DNA from: Dehalococcoidia bacterium | GTDB taxonomy: Bacteria > Chloroflexota > Dehalococcoidia > DSTF01 > JACRBR01 | NCBI GenBank assembly: GCA_021462855.1 | Contig: JAJTXQ010000014.1 | Span: forward strand, 42,042-106,041 | Direction of reading: 5' to 3' | Length of the DNA stretch: 64,000 nucleotides | In this document: positions 1 to 10,618 of the stretch, in pieces | Position numbering within the stretch: position 1 is the stretch's first letter | How the letters are laid out: the number at the start of each line of letters is the position of its first letter | Made by a program: the position numbers and the translations under genes | The notes under the pieces: model-generated | Databases searched by the model: none | Seen by the model: only the letters and a program-made list of their open reading frames with translations | Told to the model about the DNA's origin: nothing

Positions 1-139
1 TACATCGCCGCGCGCCTCTCGATTGCTGGCCCGTGGCGATGCCGTGCCGTACCATCCAACTCGCCGGGCCAACTCGCCGGGCTGCGGCCCGGTCCAACGG
101 CCGAGGCAGCCGTCGCGATGCCCATTCCCAGAGGTGAAC

Positions 140-841
140 ATGGCCCCATCCAGCATCGTCGAACGCGCGCGCGCCGAAGGCCGCACGATCCTCACCGAGA
201 TCGAGGCGAAGCAGTTGCTCGAGCAGGCCGGCGTGCCGGTCTCGCCCGCGCGCCTCGCCACGACGAAGGACGCCGCGATCGCCGCCGCCAGTGAGCTCGG
301 CTTCCCGATCGTGCTCAAGATCGTCTCGCCCCAGATCACGCACAAGACCGATGTCGGTGGCGTCGCGCTCGGCCTCGCCTCGGCCGGCGATGTCGGCGCC
401 GCGTTCGACCGCATCATCGCGTCGGCGAAGGAGCACGCGCCGGCCGCCACGATCGAGGGCGTGGCGGTGCAACGCATGGAGAAGGCCGGCACCGAGGTCA
501 TCATCGGCATGACGAAGGACGCCCAGTTCGGCCCCGTGCTGATGTTCGGCCTCGGCGGCGTGCTCGTTGAGGTGCTGAAGGACGTGGCATTCCGCGTCGT
601 GCCGATCAACGAGCGCGACGCGCGCCAGATGGTCGAGGAGATCAAGGGGTATCCGATCCTGCAGGGGTACCGCGGCCAGGCGCCCGCCGACCTCGGCAAG
701 CTGCACGACCTGCTGCTCCGCGTGTCATCGTTCGTCGAGGAGCACCCGGAGATCGCCGAACTGGACCTGAACCCGGTGTTCGCCTACAGCGATGGCGCGA
801 TCGCGGTCGACGCCCGCGTCGTCATTGAAGGCAAGGCGTGA
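140..841 (+). CDS. ADP-forming acetyl-CoA synthetase-like protein, ATP-grasp (beta) subunit
   Basis: Translation from MAPSSIVERARAEGRTILTEIEAKQLLEQAGVPV... has the ATP-grasp architecture of NDP-forming acyl-CoA synthetase beta domains. ATG at 140 is preceded by a GAGGTG SD at 131-136. The track's 5' extension from TTG 23 is low-complexity. Confidence 0.7.
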   Translation: MAPSSIVERARAEGRTILTEIEAKQLLEQAGVPVSPARLATTKDAAIAAASELGFPIVLKIVSPQITHKTDVGGVALGLASAGDVGAAFDRIIASAKEHAPAATIEGVAVQRMEKAGTEVIIGMTKDAQFGPVLMFGLGGVLVEVLKDVAFRVVPINERDARQMVEEIKGYPILQGYRGQAPADLGKLHDLLLRVSSFVEEHPEIAELDLNPVFAYSDGAIAVDARVVIEGKA

Positions 842-2262
842 CGCACGACCTCCGCCGCGCCCTCGCGCCGCGCACCGTGGTCGTCGTTGGCTCCAAGAAG
901 GCCGACGGCTACATGTGGCTGCGCAACTACAGCACGTTCACCGGTAACGTCTACTCGGTGCAGATCGACCCGAACGAGATCCCCGGCATCGAGGCGCTGG
1001 GCGTGCAGAACTTCACGTCGCTCGCCGACGTGCCGGGCGATATCGATTACGTGATGCTCGCGGTGCCGCGACAGGTGGCGCCGCGCATCCTCGCCGACTG
1101 TGCCAAACGGGGCGTCGGCGGCGTTTCGCTGTTCACATCGGGCTTCGCCGAGACCGGCGAGGAAGAAGGCATCAAGCTCCAGCAGCAACTGCTCGAGATC
1201 GCGCGCGAGGGCAACGTGGCGCTGATCGGCCCGAACTGCATGGGGCTGTATAACCGCCGGCTCGGCGTGCGGCAGAGCGGCGAGCAGGGCGCCGGCGAGG
1301 CGGGCGACGCCGGCTTCATCGGCCAGAGCGGCACGCACAGCATCAACTTCGGGCTCGTCGGCGAGGCGCACGGCGTGCGCGTCAGCACGTCGGTCAGCAT
1401 CGGCAACGCGATCATCCTCGATGTGCCCGACTACCTCGACTACCTGACCGATGACCCGGAGACGAAGGTCATCGCGATGTACATCGAGGGTGTGAAGGAT
1501 GGGAGCCGCTTCGTGGAGTCGCTGCGGCGCGCCACGGCGAAGAAGCCCGTCGTCGTCTGGAAGGGCGGCGTGACCGACGCCGGCGCGCGCGCCACGGCAT
1601 CGCACACGGGATCGCTTGCCGCGCCGCGCGCGGTGTTCGACGCGATCGTGCGGCAGGCCGGCGCCGTACCGGCGCACAGCCTCGAGGACACCATCGACGT
1701 GGTGAAGGCGCTGCTCTACGCGAAGCCGGCGACCGGCCGCCGCATGGGGCTGATGGCGATGACCGGCGGCCAGTCCGTCGTCATCACCGACGCGTTCGTC
1801 GACGCCGGGCTCGAGGTGCCGCGCCTGACCGACGCCTCGTACGAGCAACTGCGGTCGTTCTTCAACATCGTCGGCGGCAGCTACCAGAACCCGCTCGATA
1901 TGGGCGGCACGATCGGCTTCGGCGGCTCGCGCGAGACGCTCGGCCGCCTGTTCGACATCCTCGACGCAGACGTGAATATCGACGCGATCGCGATGGAGAT
2001 GGCGTCGGGCTTCCTCGCGCGGATGTGGCAGTCGACCCCGGCCAGCCTCGACACGCTGCTCGACGCAATCGACGCCCACCGCAACCGCTCGGCCAAGCCG
2101 TTCGTCGCCGTCCTCCAGCCGCAGCACGTCGAGGAGGTCGTCGTGGCGGCGCGCAAGCGCATCCAGGAGCGCGGCATCGCGGTGTTCCCGTCGTTTGAGC
2201 GCGCGGCCGCCGCGCTCAATCGCGCGATCGCCGTGCACCGCTTCCGCGCGGGAATGGACTGA
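838..2262 (+). CDS. ADP-forming acetyl-CoA synthetase-like protein, CoA-binding/ligase-CoA (alpha) subunit
   Basis: N-terminus [20 protein letters not shown] plus succinyl-CoA-synthetase-alpha-like region (GPNCMGL, GQSGTH). GTG start at 838 overlaps the upstream stop (GTGA), implying coupling with the beta subunit. Confidence 0.75.
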   Translation: MTHDLRRALAPRTVVVVGSKKADGYMWLRNYSTFTGNVYSVQIDPNEIPGIEALGVQNFTSLADVPGDIDYVMLAVPRQVAPRILADCAKRGVGGVSLFTSGFAETGEEEGIKLQQQLLEIAREGNVALIGPNCMGLYNRRLGVRQSGEQGAGEAGDAGFIGQSGTHSINFGLVGEAHGVRVSTSVSIGNAIILDVPDYLDYLTDDPETKVIAMYIEGVKDGSRFVESLRRATAKKPVVVWKGGVTDAGARATASHTGSLAAPRAVFDAIVRQAGAVPAHSLEDTIDVVKALLYAKPATGRRMGLMAMTGGQSVVITDAFVDAGLEVPRLTDASYEQLRSFFNIVGGSYQNPLDMGGTIGFGGSRETLGRLFDILDADVNIDAIAMEMASGFLARMWQSTPASLDTLLDAIDAHRNRSAKPFVAVLQPQHVEEVVVAARKRIQERGIAVFPSFERAAAALNRAIAVHRFRAGMD

Positions 2263-2267
2263 CGCGC

Positions 2268-2657
2268 ATGGAGCGGCGCAACATCAGCAGCGGGTCGAAG
2301 TGGGAGCCAGCCGTCGGCTACTCGCGCGCCGTGCGCATCGGGCCGTACGTGCACGTGTCCGGCACGACCGGCACCGCGCCCGATGGCTCGGTCGCCGGCC
2401 CGGGCGACGCCTACGCGCAGGCGAAGCAGGCGCTCGCCAACATCATCGCCGCGCTCGAGCGCGCAGGCGCGTCGGCCGGCGATGTGGTGCGGACGCGCAT
2501 CTTCGTCACCGACATCAGCGCGTGGGAGGAGGTCGGCCGCGCGCACGGTGAGGTCTTCGGCGACATCCGCCCGGCGACGACGATGGTCGAAGTCGCGAAG
2601 CTCATCGACCCGGCGATGCTGGTCGAGATCGAAGCCGACGCGTACATCGGCGGGTAG
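2268..2657 (+). CDS. ridA: RidA/YjgF family reactive-intermediate deaminase
   Basis: 129 aa; motifs [11 protein letters not shown] and RTRIFVTDI, and C-terminal VEVEA-like end, are typical of the YjgF/RidA fold. Confidence 0.7.
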   Translation: MERRNISSGSKWEPAVGYSRAVRIGPYVHVSGTTGTAPDGSVAGPGDAYAQAKQALANIIAALERAGASAGDVVRTRIFVTDISAWEEVGRAHGEVFGDIRPATTMVEVAKLIDPAMLVEIEADAYIGG

Positions 2658-2727
2658 GCCGCTCCGCGCCTGCTGAGTCCACGCGCAGCCGCCGCGCGGG
2701 CTCGTTACCATGCACCGGAGGTTCGCG

Positions 2728-3069
2728 ATGCCCGACTGCCTGTTCTGCAACATGTCCTCCGGCGCCATGGATGTCCCGAAACTGCACGACGACGACCTCG
2801 TCTTCGCCATACGCGACATCAACCCGCGCGCGCCGGTCCACATCCTCATCATCCCGAAGGAGCACATCGCCGATGCGCGCGACGTGTCCGAGCGCCACGG
2901 CCCCGCCATCGCGCGCATGGTCAGCGTCGCACGCGACCTTGCCGGGGCGGACGGCCTTCTGGAGCGCGGTTATCGTCTCGCGTTCAACATCGGCGAGGAC
3001 GCCGGAATGACGATCCCGCACTTGCACATGCACCTCATCGGCGGCCGCCACCTCGGCGCGGAGGGATAG
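2728..3069 (+). CDS. HIT family (histidine triad) nucleotide hydrolase
   Basis: MPDCLFCNM... start motif and the HxHxHxx triad (PHLHMHLIGG). ATG 2728 has a GGAGG SD 6 nt upstream. Confidence 0.75.
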   Translation: MPDCLFCNMSSGAMDVPKLHDDDLVFAIRDINPRAPVHILIIPKEHIADARDVSERHGPAIARMVSVARDLAGADGLLERGYRLAFNIGEDAGMTIPHLHMHLIGGRHLGAEG

Positions 3070-3131
3070 CCGGCGGGTTGGGCAATCTGCGCCGCCGTGC
3101 GAGACTGCACCGGCGCACCGCGCGCCGCATC

Positions 3132-4358
3132 ATGCGCATGCACGCCACCCGTAGCCTCACGCCGCACATCGTGCTGGCGGCGATCGTCGCACTCGCGCTC
3201 GCGGCCGGCGCCGCCGCCGCACGCGCTCTCGCGCTGCCGGACGGCGCGGACGACTACAACTCGCCCGGCTTCATCGTCCGTCACGCCTGGGAGAAGTTCG
3301 CGTACCTCGGCGGCGAGCCGTTCCGCGACGGCCTGAGTCCCGCGGAGGAAGATGCGCGCATCGCCCGCTTCTTCGAGCTCAACGGCCTCATCGCCGACCG
3401 CTCCCGCACCGCCACCGACCCGGAGGCGCAGCCAGATGCCGCGCGCATCGCCGCGGCCGCCGCGGCGACGCTGCGCGCCGAACGCGCGCGCATCGAAAAC
3501 AGCGTCGAGCGCATCATCGAGGGCCGGCTGACGCATGTGCTGAAGGAGCAGGGCCTCACGCGCCGGGTGGGCGGCGACCTCCTCTGGCCGCCGGTTGACA
3601 TTGAATTCGAGGATGCGCCATCGGTGCTCGTCACATCGCCCCGATCGCGGATCGAGAAACGCGGTGAATCGCTCGTGCGCGGCGATCTGCCACCCGAGCG
3701 CATCGAGCGCATCGAAGCGGCGGCCGAGCGCGATGGCGAGACATCGGCGCTCGTCGTCCGCATCGGCGCGATCGCGATGTACCCGTCGATCATCCCGCCG
3801 TCACGCGACTACGCCGGCACGATGGAGACGGCCGCGCACGAGTGGCTGCACCACTACCTGTGGTTCGCGCCGCTGGGACGCCGCTACTACCAGGACGGCC
3901 GACTGACGACGCTCAACGAGACGGTCGCGAACATGGCCGGCCGCGAGCTCGGCGAGGCATTCGTGCGCGCGTACCCGCTCGCCAGAATCGAGGCGAGCGA
4001 CGCGCTCCCGCCGGCCGCGCCCGGTGACACGCCGGCGATCGATTTCACCGCCGAGATGCGCGGCCTGCGCCACGACGTCGAGTCGCTGCTCGCAGCGGGA
4101 CGCATCGAGGACGCCGAGCGGCTGATGGACGAGAAGCGGCGCTTCCTGGCCGGCCACGGATACTACATCCGGAGGCTCAACCAGGCGTACTTCGCGTTCC
4201 ACGGCTCGTACGCCGACACGCCCGGGTCGATCGACCCCATCGGCCCGAAGCTGCAGTCGCTGCGGGAGCGGAGCGCGTCGGTGAGCGCGTTCGTCGAGAC
4301 CGCGCGCGGGTTGACGTCGGAGCGCGATCTCGACGCCGCGCTCGGCGCTACGCCGTGA
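3132..4358 (+). CDS. membrane-anchored putative zinc metallopeptidase (HEXXH) of unknown family
   Basis: N-terminal TM helix (PHIVLAAIVALALAAGAAAA); HEWLHH motif with a downstream NE..E candidate third ligand. Start chosen at ATG 3132 (alternatives TTG 3078, ATG 3138). Confidence 0.45.
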   Translation: MRMHATRSLTPHIVLAAIVALALAAGAAAARALALPDGADDYNSPGFIVRHAWEKFAYLGGEPFRDGLSPAEEDARIARFFELNGLIADRSRTATDPEAQPDAARIAAAAAATLRAERARIENSVERIIEGRLTHVLKEQGLTRRVGGDLLWPPVDIEFEDAPSVLVTSPRSRIEKRGESLVRGDLPPERIERIEAAAERDGETSALVVRIGAIAMYPSIIPPSRDYAGTMETAAHEWLHHYLWFAPLGRRYYQDGRLTTLNETVANMAGRELGEAFVRAYPLARIEASDALPPAAPGDTPAIDFTAEMRGLRHDVESLLAAGRIEDAERLMDEKRRFLAGHGYYIRRLNQAYFAFHGSYADTPGSIDPIGPKLQSLRERSASVSAFVETARGLTSERDLDAALGATP

Positions 4359-5022
4359 CCTTCGCCGCGGCTTTCCGCAAGGCGGCCAGGTTGGCCTGCG
4401 GCGACGCATCGCCGTTGTAGACCGACGACCCGCACACCAGCACGTTCGCCCCGGCGGCGATGCACGACGCGACGTTGTGTTCCTTGACGCCGCCATCGAC
4501 TTCGATGTCCGGTGAGAGGCTTCGCTCATCGAGCATCGCGCGCAGACGGCGCACTTTGTCGATCATCGACGGGATCAGCTTCTGGCCGCCCCAGCCCGGG
4601 TTGATCGCCATCACCATCACCTGGTCAGCGACGTCGAGCACGTCCTCGATCGCGCTGAGCGGCGTCGCCGGGTTGATGCAGATGCCGGCGCGCTTGCGCA
4701 GCGTGTGGATCTGCCGCAGCAGCCGGTCCGCGTGCCGCGTCGCCTCGATGTGGAAGTTGATGATGTCGCCGCCGGCCTCGGCAAACGCGTCGAACTGCGC
4801 CTCCGGGTTGTTGATCATCAGGTGGATGTCGAGCGGCAGCTTCGTCGTGCGGCGCACCGCCTCGACGACGAGCGGGCCGAACGTGATCGGCGGGACGAAG
4901 CGCCCGTCCATCACGTCGAGGTGGATGTAGTCCGCACCGCCGGCCTCGGCCGCCTTGATCTGCTCGGAGATCCGCCCGAAGTCCGCCGTCAGGATCGATG
5001 GCGCCAGCTTGATCGCGCTCAC
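4348..5022 (-). CDS. rpe: ribulose-phosphate 3-epimerase
   Basis: VSAIKLAPSILTADFGRISEQIKAAEAGGADYIHLDVMDGRFVPPITFG... is canonical Rpe. GTG start at 5022 with a GGGAGGA SD; the track ORF extends 5' into low-complexity sequence. Confidence 0.85.
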   Translation of the reverse strand: MSAIKLAPSILTADFGRISEQIKAAEAGGADYIHLDVMDGRFVPPITFGPLVVEAVRRTTKLPLDIHLMINNPEAQFDAFAEAGGDIINFHIEATRHADRLLRQIHTLRKRAGICINPATPLSAIEDVLDVADQVMVMAINPGWGGQKLIPSMIDKVRRLRAMLDERSLSPDIEVDGGVKEHNVASCIAAGANVLVCGSSVYNGDASPQANLAALRKAAAKVTA

Positions 5023-5035
5023 GTGTCCTCCCGCG

Positions 5036-6462
<1,427 letters not shown>

Positions 6463-6472
<10 letters not shown>

Positions 6473-8145
6473 GCCGGGGGCGCCTCCGTCGCCGCGAGCG
6501 CGTCGCTTGCGCCCTTCCGCACCAGCACGTTGAACCATCCACCCTCCGCCGCCGGAGCCACCCGCGGCTCGTACCGCTCCCATAGGTCCGGCATCGCGAT
6601 CATATCGACCAGCGCCGGGATGATCGTCAGCCCTTGCCGGTCGTAATCCGCCTTCCGCGCGGGCTCCGCGGTGATGACATCGATGAGGATGATGATATCA
6701 GGCGACCGGCCGAGCACGTACTCGCTGTCGTATTTCTCGTGCCCGGCGGAAAACGACCCGATCGCCAGGTCGCGGTGCGCGATGTGCTCATCGTTGATGC
6801 CGAGCATGTCGATCGTCGTCAGCCGTGATTCGTAGGCGAGCGCGCCGACCGGGACGGTAGCGATCACCGTGTCGTCCGGCATCGCGTCGCGCAGCCAGCT
6901 GCCCATCGCCTTGCGGTCGGCGACGGCCTCGCGCTCGCCGGTAAAGCCGCGCGCGAAGTCGCTGGTGCCCGACTGCAGCAGGAACGCCATCAGCCCGCCG
7001 ACGATGACCGCCGCCACCAGCGCGAGCGCGCGCGCGTCGCTGCCGCGTTCCGCGTGCGCCAGGCGCAGCAGCGCGACACCGGACGCGGCGACCAGCGCCC
7101 ACGCGAGCGGCTGCACAGGCGCGAAGAAGCGGAACCACACGAGCGAGTCGCCGCCGACGTACACGACGTACCCGAACCACGCCGCCAGCAGCGCGGCGAT
7201 GTACCAGGCGGCGCCGCTCCGCATACGCGTCGCCACGGCGGCGACGGGCGCCAGCAGCAACAGCCACGCCGCGTCCTGCCGCGCGAACTCGGCGAAGTAC
7301 TGCAGGCCGCGGTCGTACTGGTCGACGCCGGTGCCGACCTTCGCGTAGTACGTGTTCGGGAACAGGTGGTCGTAGAACGCGTAGCGCCATCCGAAGTAGA
7401 TACCCCACGTCGCGGCAAAGAGCGCGACCCACGCGAGCAGCCACGCCAGCGACACGGCGAGCGTGCGCAGGCGCCGCTCGCGCCCTTCGCGCGCACGCCA
7501 GCCCGCCTCGATCAACTTCGCGGCGGCTGACACGGCGAACAGCAGCGGCCCCTCCGGACGCGTCATCGATGCGAGCCCCCATGCCGCGCCGGAGAGCGCG
7601 AACGAGCCGTCGCGCTGCTCCCGCAGGTGCAGCAGCGCCGCCCCGAGCGTCAGCAGCGCGAAGAGCGGCACCTCCAGCCCGGCGCTCGTCCACACGCCGA
7701 ACGGCGGCGATGCCGCCAGCAGCAGCACCGCCACGAACCCGGCGATGCGGCCGCTGTCGCCATCGAGCAGGCGCCTCGCCAGCGCATACGTCAGCGCAAG
7801 CGCGGCCACGCCGGCCGCAAAGCCGAGCCACCGCCCCGTCAGCACGATGTCGGCGCCCGCCCGGTGCGCGCCGGCGAGCATCATCACCCAGAGAAAGTTC
7901 GAATACCCCTCGACGTGCTCGCCGCGGTTCCAGACGAGCCCGAATCCCTCCGAAAGGTTGTACGCGTACCGGTACGAGATGTATGCGTCATCGGCCGTGT
8001 AGCGAGCGTATAGCGGGCCGTGCAGGAACAGGATCGCGCCACCCGCCGCCACCGCGCCGACACCGTACTCCGCCGTTAGCCGGACGGCCCACGCCGCCAC
8101 CGCCGCGACGAGCAGCACGGCGATCACCAGCACCGGGAACGTCAT
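6463..8145 (-). CDS. GT-C fold polytopic membrane glycosyltransferase (ArnT/PMT-like, GT39/GT83-like)
   Basis: 560 aa, about 12 predicted TM helices. First periplasmic loop ADDAYISYRYAYNL matches the DxD/RYA motif of ArnT/PMT-type GT-C enzymes. ATG at 8145 lies 6 nt after the HAD hydrolase stop. Confidence 0.55.
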
Positions 8146-8151
8146 CCGGCG

Positions 8152-8988
8152 TCAGCCCTCGCCGTAGATCGGCAGTTCCGTGATCTCCCACAGCGTATGC
8201 ACGGTAAAGTCGGGCGTGGCATCCTCGCCGCCCTTCCACTCGCCGAGCGCGCGGCCCGTCTCCGCACGCGTCGCGCCGATGTTTGGCGGCACCTCGCCCA
8301 CCTGCTCGGGCTCGTGCGGCGGATCCTTCTTCTTCACGCGCCGCCAGATCGCCGTCATCGCGACCGCCTGCGCGCCCTCGACATCCGCGCGCAACGAGTC
8401 GCCGACCATCGCCGTCTCCCGCGGGTCGATACCCATCCGCTCGAACGCGAGCTCGTAGATCCTCGGATGCGGCTTCATGTAGCCGATGTCGCAGGACACG
8501 ATCGTCGTCTCGAAATACTGGTCCAGCCGCAGCTCGCGCATCTCCTCGACAAAGCGTGGGCCGCCGAACACGCGGTTCGTCACGCAGCCGATGCGCACGC
8601 CGCGCTCCCGCAGCCAGTCGAGCGTCCTGTACGCGTCATCGAACATCGTGCGCCCGAGCGTCAGCCCGCCGAGGTTCCACGCATCCCACAGCTGCGCCGC
8701 GCGCTCATAGTCCAGGTGCAAGCCCTTTTCGGCGGCGATGCCGCGCACGACCTCGTTGAAGTCGGGGCTCACGCAATCGCTCTCGTATGCCGCCCGGTCG
8801 ACCTTCTCCACCCCGAGTCTTATGTCACGCCCGAGGAACTGGAGCTCGCCGCCGAGCGGCACATCCCACGACTTCAGCAGCCCGCCGATCCGCCGCATCG
8901 TCTCCGTTCGGATCTCCTGCGCCGGCGGCATCTTCGGGAAGTGCCACAGCGTATCGCCGAGGTCGAAGAGCATGTTCTTGATCGCCAT
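8152..8988 (-). CDS. HAD superfamily hydrolase
   Basis: MAIKNMLFDLGDTLWHF (DxD motif I), CVTNR (motif II) and MVGDSLRADVEGAQ (motif IV). ATG 8988 with a GGAGGGAAG SD; the track ORF is over-extended at the 5' end. Confidence 0.75.
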   Translation of the reverse strand: MAIKNMLFDLGDTLWHFPKMPPAQEIRTETMRRIGGLLKSWDVPLGGELQFLGRDIRLGVEKVDRAAYESDCVSPDFNEVVRGIAAEKGLHLDYERAAQLWDAWNLGGLTLGRTMFDDAYRTLDWLRERGVRIGCVTNRVFGGPRFVEEMRELRLDQYFETTIVSCDIGYMKPHPRIYELAFERMGIDPRETAMVGDSLRADVEGAQAVAMTAIWRRVKKKDPPHEPEQVGEVPPNIGATRAETGRALGEWKGGEDATPDFTVHTLWEITELPIYGEG

Positions 8989-9117
8989 CTTCCCTCCGCG
9001 AGCGAGGATACATCGCGCTCTCGCGCTCAAACAAACGGTGCGCCACGCCCGCTCCCGTAGGTATTCCGCCGATGCCATTCGGCACTGCGGGGCCGATGCT
9101 ACCGTTGGAGGACGCCC

Positions 9118-10512
9118 ATGCGCGAGCGTGCGCTCGAACTCATCACCGCTGCGGTGATCGCTGTGCCGCTGCTGGCGCTCGCTGCGTTCCACGCGTGGCC
9201 CCAGCACGACCCGCTGATCATGCGAAACCACCTGCACTTCTGGTCCGTCGGCGCCACGGCACTGGCATCCGCCATCGCGTGCGGCGTGATCGTCGCCGGG
9301 GCGCGCACGCTGCGGGAGACACGGTTGCTGTTCCTCGCGCTGGCATTCGTGTCGATCGGCGGCATCTTCTCGGTGCACGGTCTCCTGACGCCGCACGTGC
9401 TGGTCGAGACGTTTTACCCGGCGCTCGCCGTGTCATCGTGGGCAAGCGTGCTCGCAGGATCGGCGTTCGTCGCGCTCAGCGCGGCGCCGCTGCCACGGCC
9501 GATAGAGCGCGCGGTCGCCCGCGCCGGCGCCGCGATCTTCGCCTGGGCGACGGTCGGCATCGCTCTCTACATCACGCTCAGCTTCCGGGCGGAGCGCTGG
9601 CTCGACTGGGCGCCGACCGACGAACGCGCCGCGCAGTATCTCATCGCCGCGACGGCGACGGCGCTGTTCGCCTATGCCGCCTACCGCTACTGGCAGGCGT
9701 TCCAGTTCGCGCGCCTCCCCTCGCAGGGCGCGATGGTGATCGCGCTCGCGCTGCTTGCCGACGTGCCGGCGATCCTGCTCTGGGGCCAGCTGTGGGCATT
9801 CTCGTGGTGGATGTACCACCTCCTTTACGGCGCGGCGTTCGTCGTGCTGTTCGCCGGCTGGGCCTACGAGGCGCGGCGCGCCGGCTCGCTCAACGTCATC
9901 GCCGATGCGCTCTCAATGCGCGACGCGCTCGCCGCGCTCGACCGTGGCCGCGACGCCCACCTCATCGAGCTCGTCGACGCGATCGAGACGAAGGATCGCG
10001 CCACGCTCGGGCACGTCCGCCGCGTGAGCGCGTATGCGCTCGCTGCCGGCCGCGAGCTGCGGCTCGGCGCAACCGAATTGCGCGACCTCGCGCTCGCCGC
10101 CGAGATGCACGACGTGGGAAAGATCGGCGTGCCGGACCAGATCCTCGCCAAGCCCGGCAGGCTCACCCCCGACGAGCACGCGGAGATGCAGCGCCATGCG
10201 CAGCGTGGCGGCCGCATCGCGTCGGGTGTACGGTCGCTGCGCGGGATCGCCGCCGTGATCGGCGCGCACCATGAGCGGCTGAACGGCGCCGGTTACCCGG
10301 ACGGACTCCGCGGAGAACAGATCCCGTTCCTCGCCCGGATCATCGCCGTCGCCGACCCCTACGACGCGATGACATCCGACCGGCCGTACCGCCGCGCGAT
10401 GTCGCACGACGAGGCCGTCGCCGAGCTGGAGCGCGTGCGCGGCGTGGAGCTCGATGCGGCATGCGTCGATGCGCTGGTCCGCTCGCTGGACACACGCCGG
10501 GCCGCTGCCTGA
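9118..10512 (+). CDS. 7TM-receptor with HD-GYP domain (predicted c-di-GMP phosphodiesterase)
   Basis: About 7 N-terminal TM helices followed by HD (EMHDVGKIGVPD) and HHERLNGAGYPDGL (GYP) motifs. GGAGGA SD before the ATG. Confidence 0.8.
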   Translation: MRERALELITAAVIAVPLLALAAFHAWPQHDPLIMRNHLHFWSVGATALASAIACGVIVAGARTLRETRLLFLALAFVSIGGIFSVHGLLTPHVLVETFYPALAVSSWASVLAGSAFVALSAAPLPRPIERAVARAGAAIFAWATVGIALYITLSFRAERWLDWAPTDERAAQYLIAATATALFAYAAYRYWQAFQFARLPSQGAMVIALALLADVPAILLWGQLWAFSWWMYHLLYGAAFVVLFAGWAYEARRAGSLNVIADALSMRDALAALDRGRDAHLIELVDAIETKDRATLGHVRRVSAYALAAGRELRLGATELRDLALAAEMHDVGKIGVPDQILAKPGRLTPDEHAEMQRHAQRGGRIASGVRSLRGIAAVIGAHHERLNGAGYPDGLRGEQIPFLARIIAVADPYDAMTSDRPYRRAMSHDEAVAELERVRGVELDAACVDALVRSLDTRRAAA

Positions 10513-10551
10513 TCGCATTACGTCGACCACGTGCGGGCCGCCGCGCCCGGC

Positions 10552-10580
10552 GTCGCCGCAGCGCCATCCGCGCGTATAAT
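10552..10580 (+). promoter_or_regulatory. candidate sigma70-like promoter for dnaX (perfect TATAAT -10 at 10575-10580, weak -35)
   Basis: TATAAT lies 39 nt upstream of the dnaX ATG in a 106-nt intergenic gap. The -35 (GTCGCC) is poor. Confidence 0.3.
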
Positions 10581-10618
10581 GCGGGCATCCCAACGTTCTT
10601 CGAGCGCTCGGAGCCCGC

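Noticed and set aside
784-2918. Long ORFs 784..2238 (-), 1881..2918 (-) and similar alternate-frame ORFs over the acd genes
   Set aside because: R/A/G/P-rich low-complexity translations with no motifs, antisense or out of frame to genes with clear homolog-like sequence. These are typical shadow ORFs of GC-rich DNA.
10513-10618. Looked for the SRP (4.5S) RNA gene, which often sits upstream of dnaX
   Set aside because: No conserved domain-IV motif (AGGUCAGG...GGAAGGAAGCAGC) was found in the 106-nt gap, only a TATAAT promoter-like hexamer.
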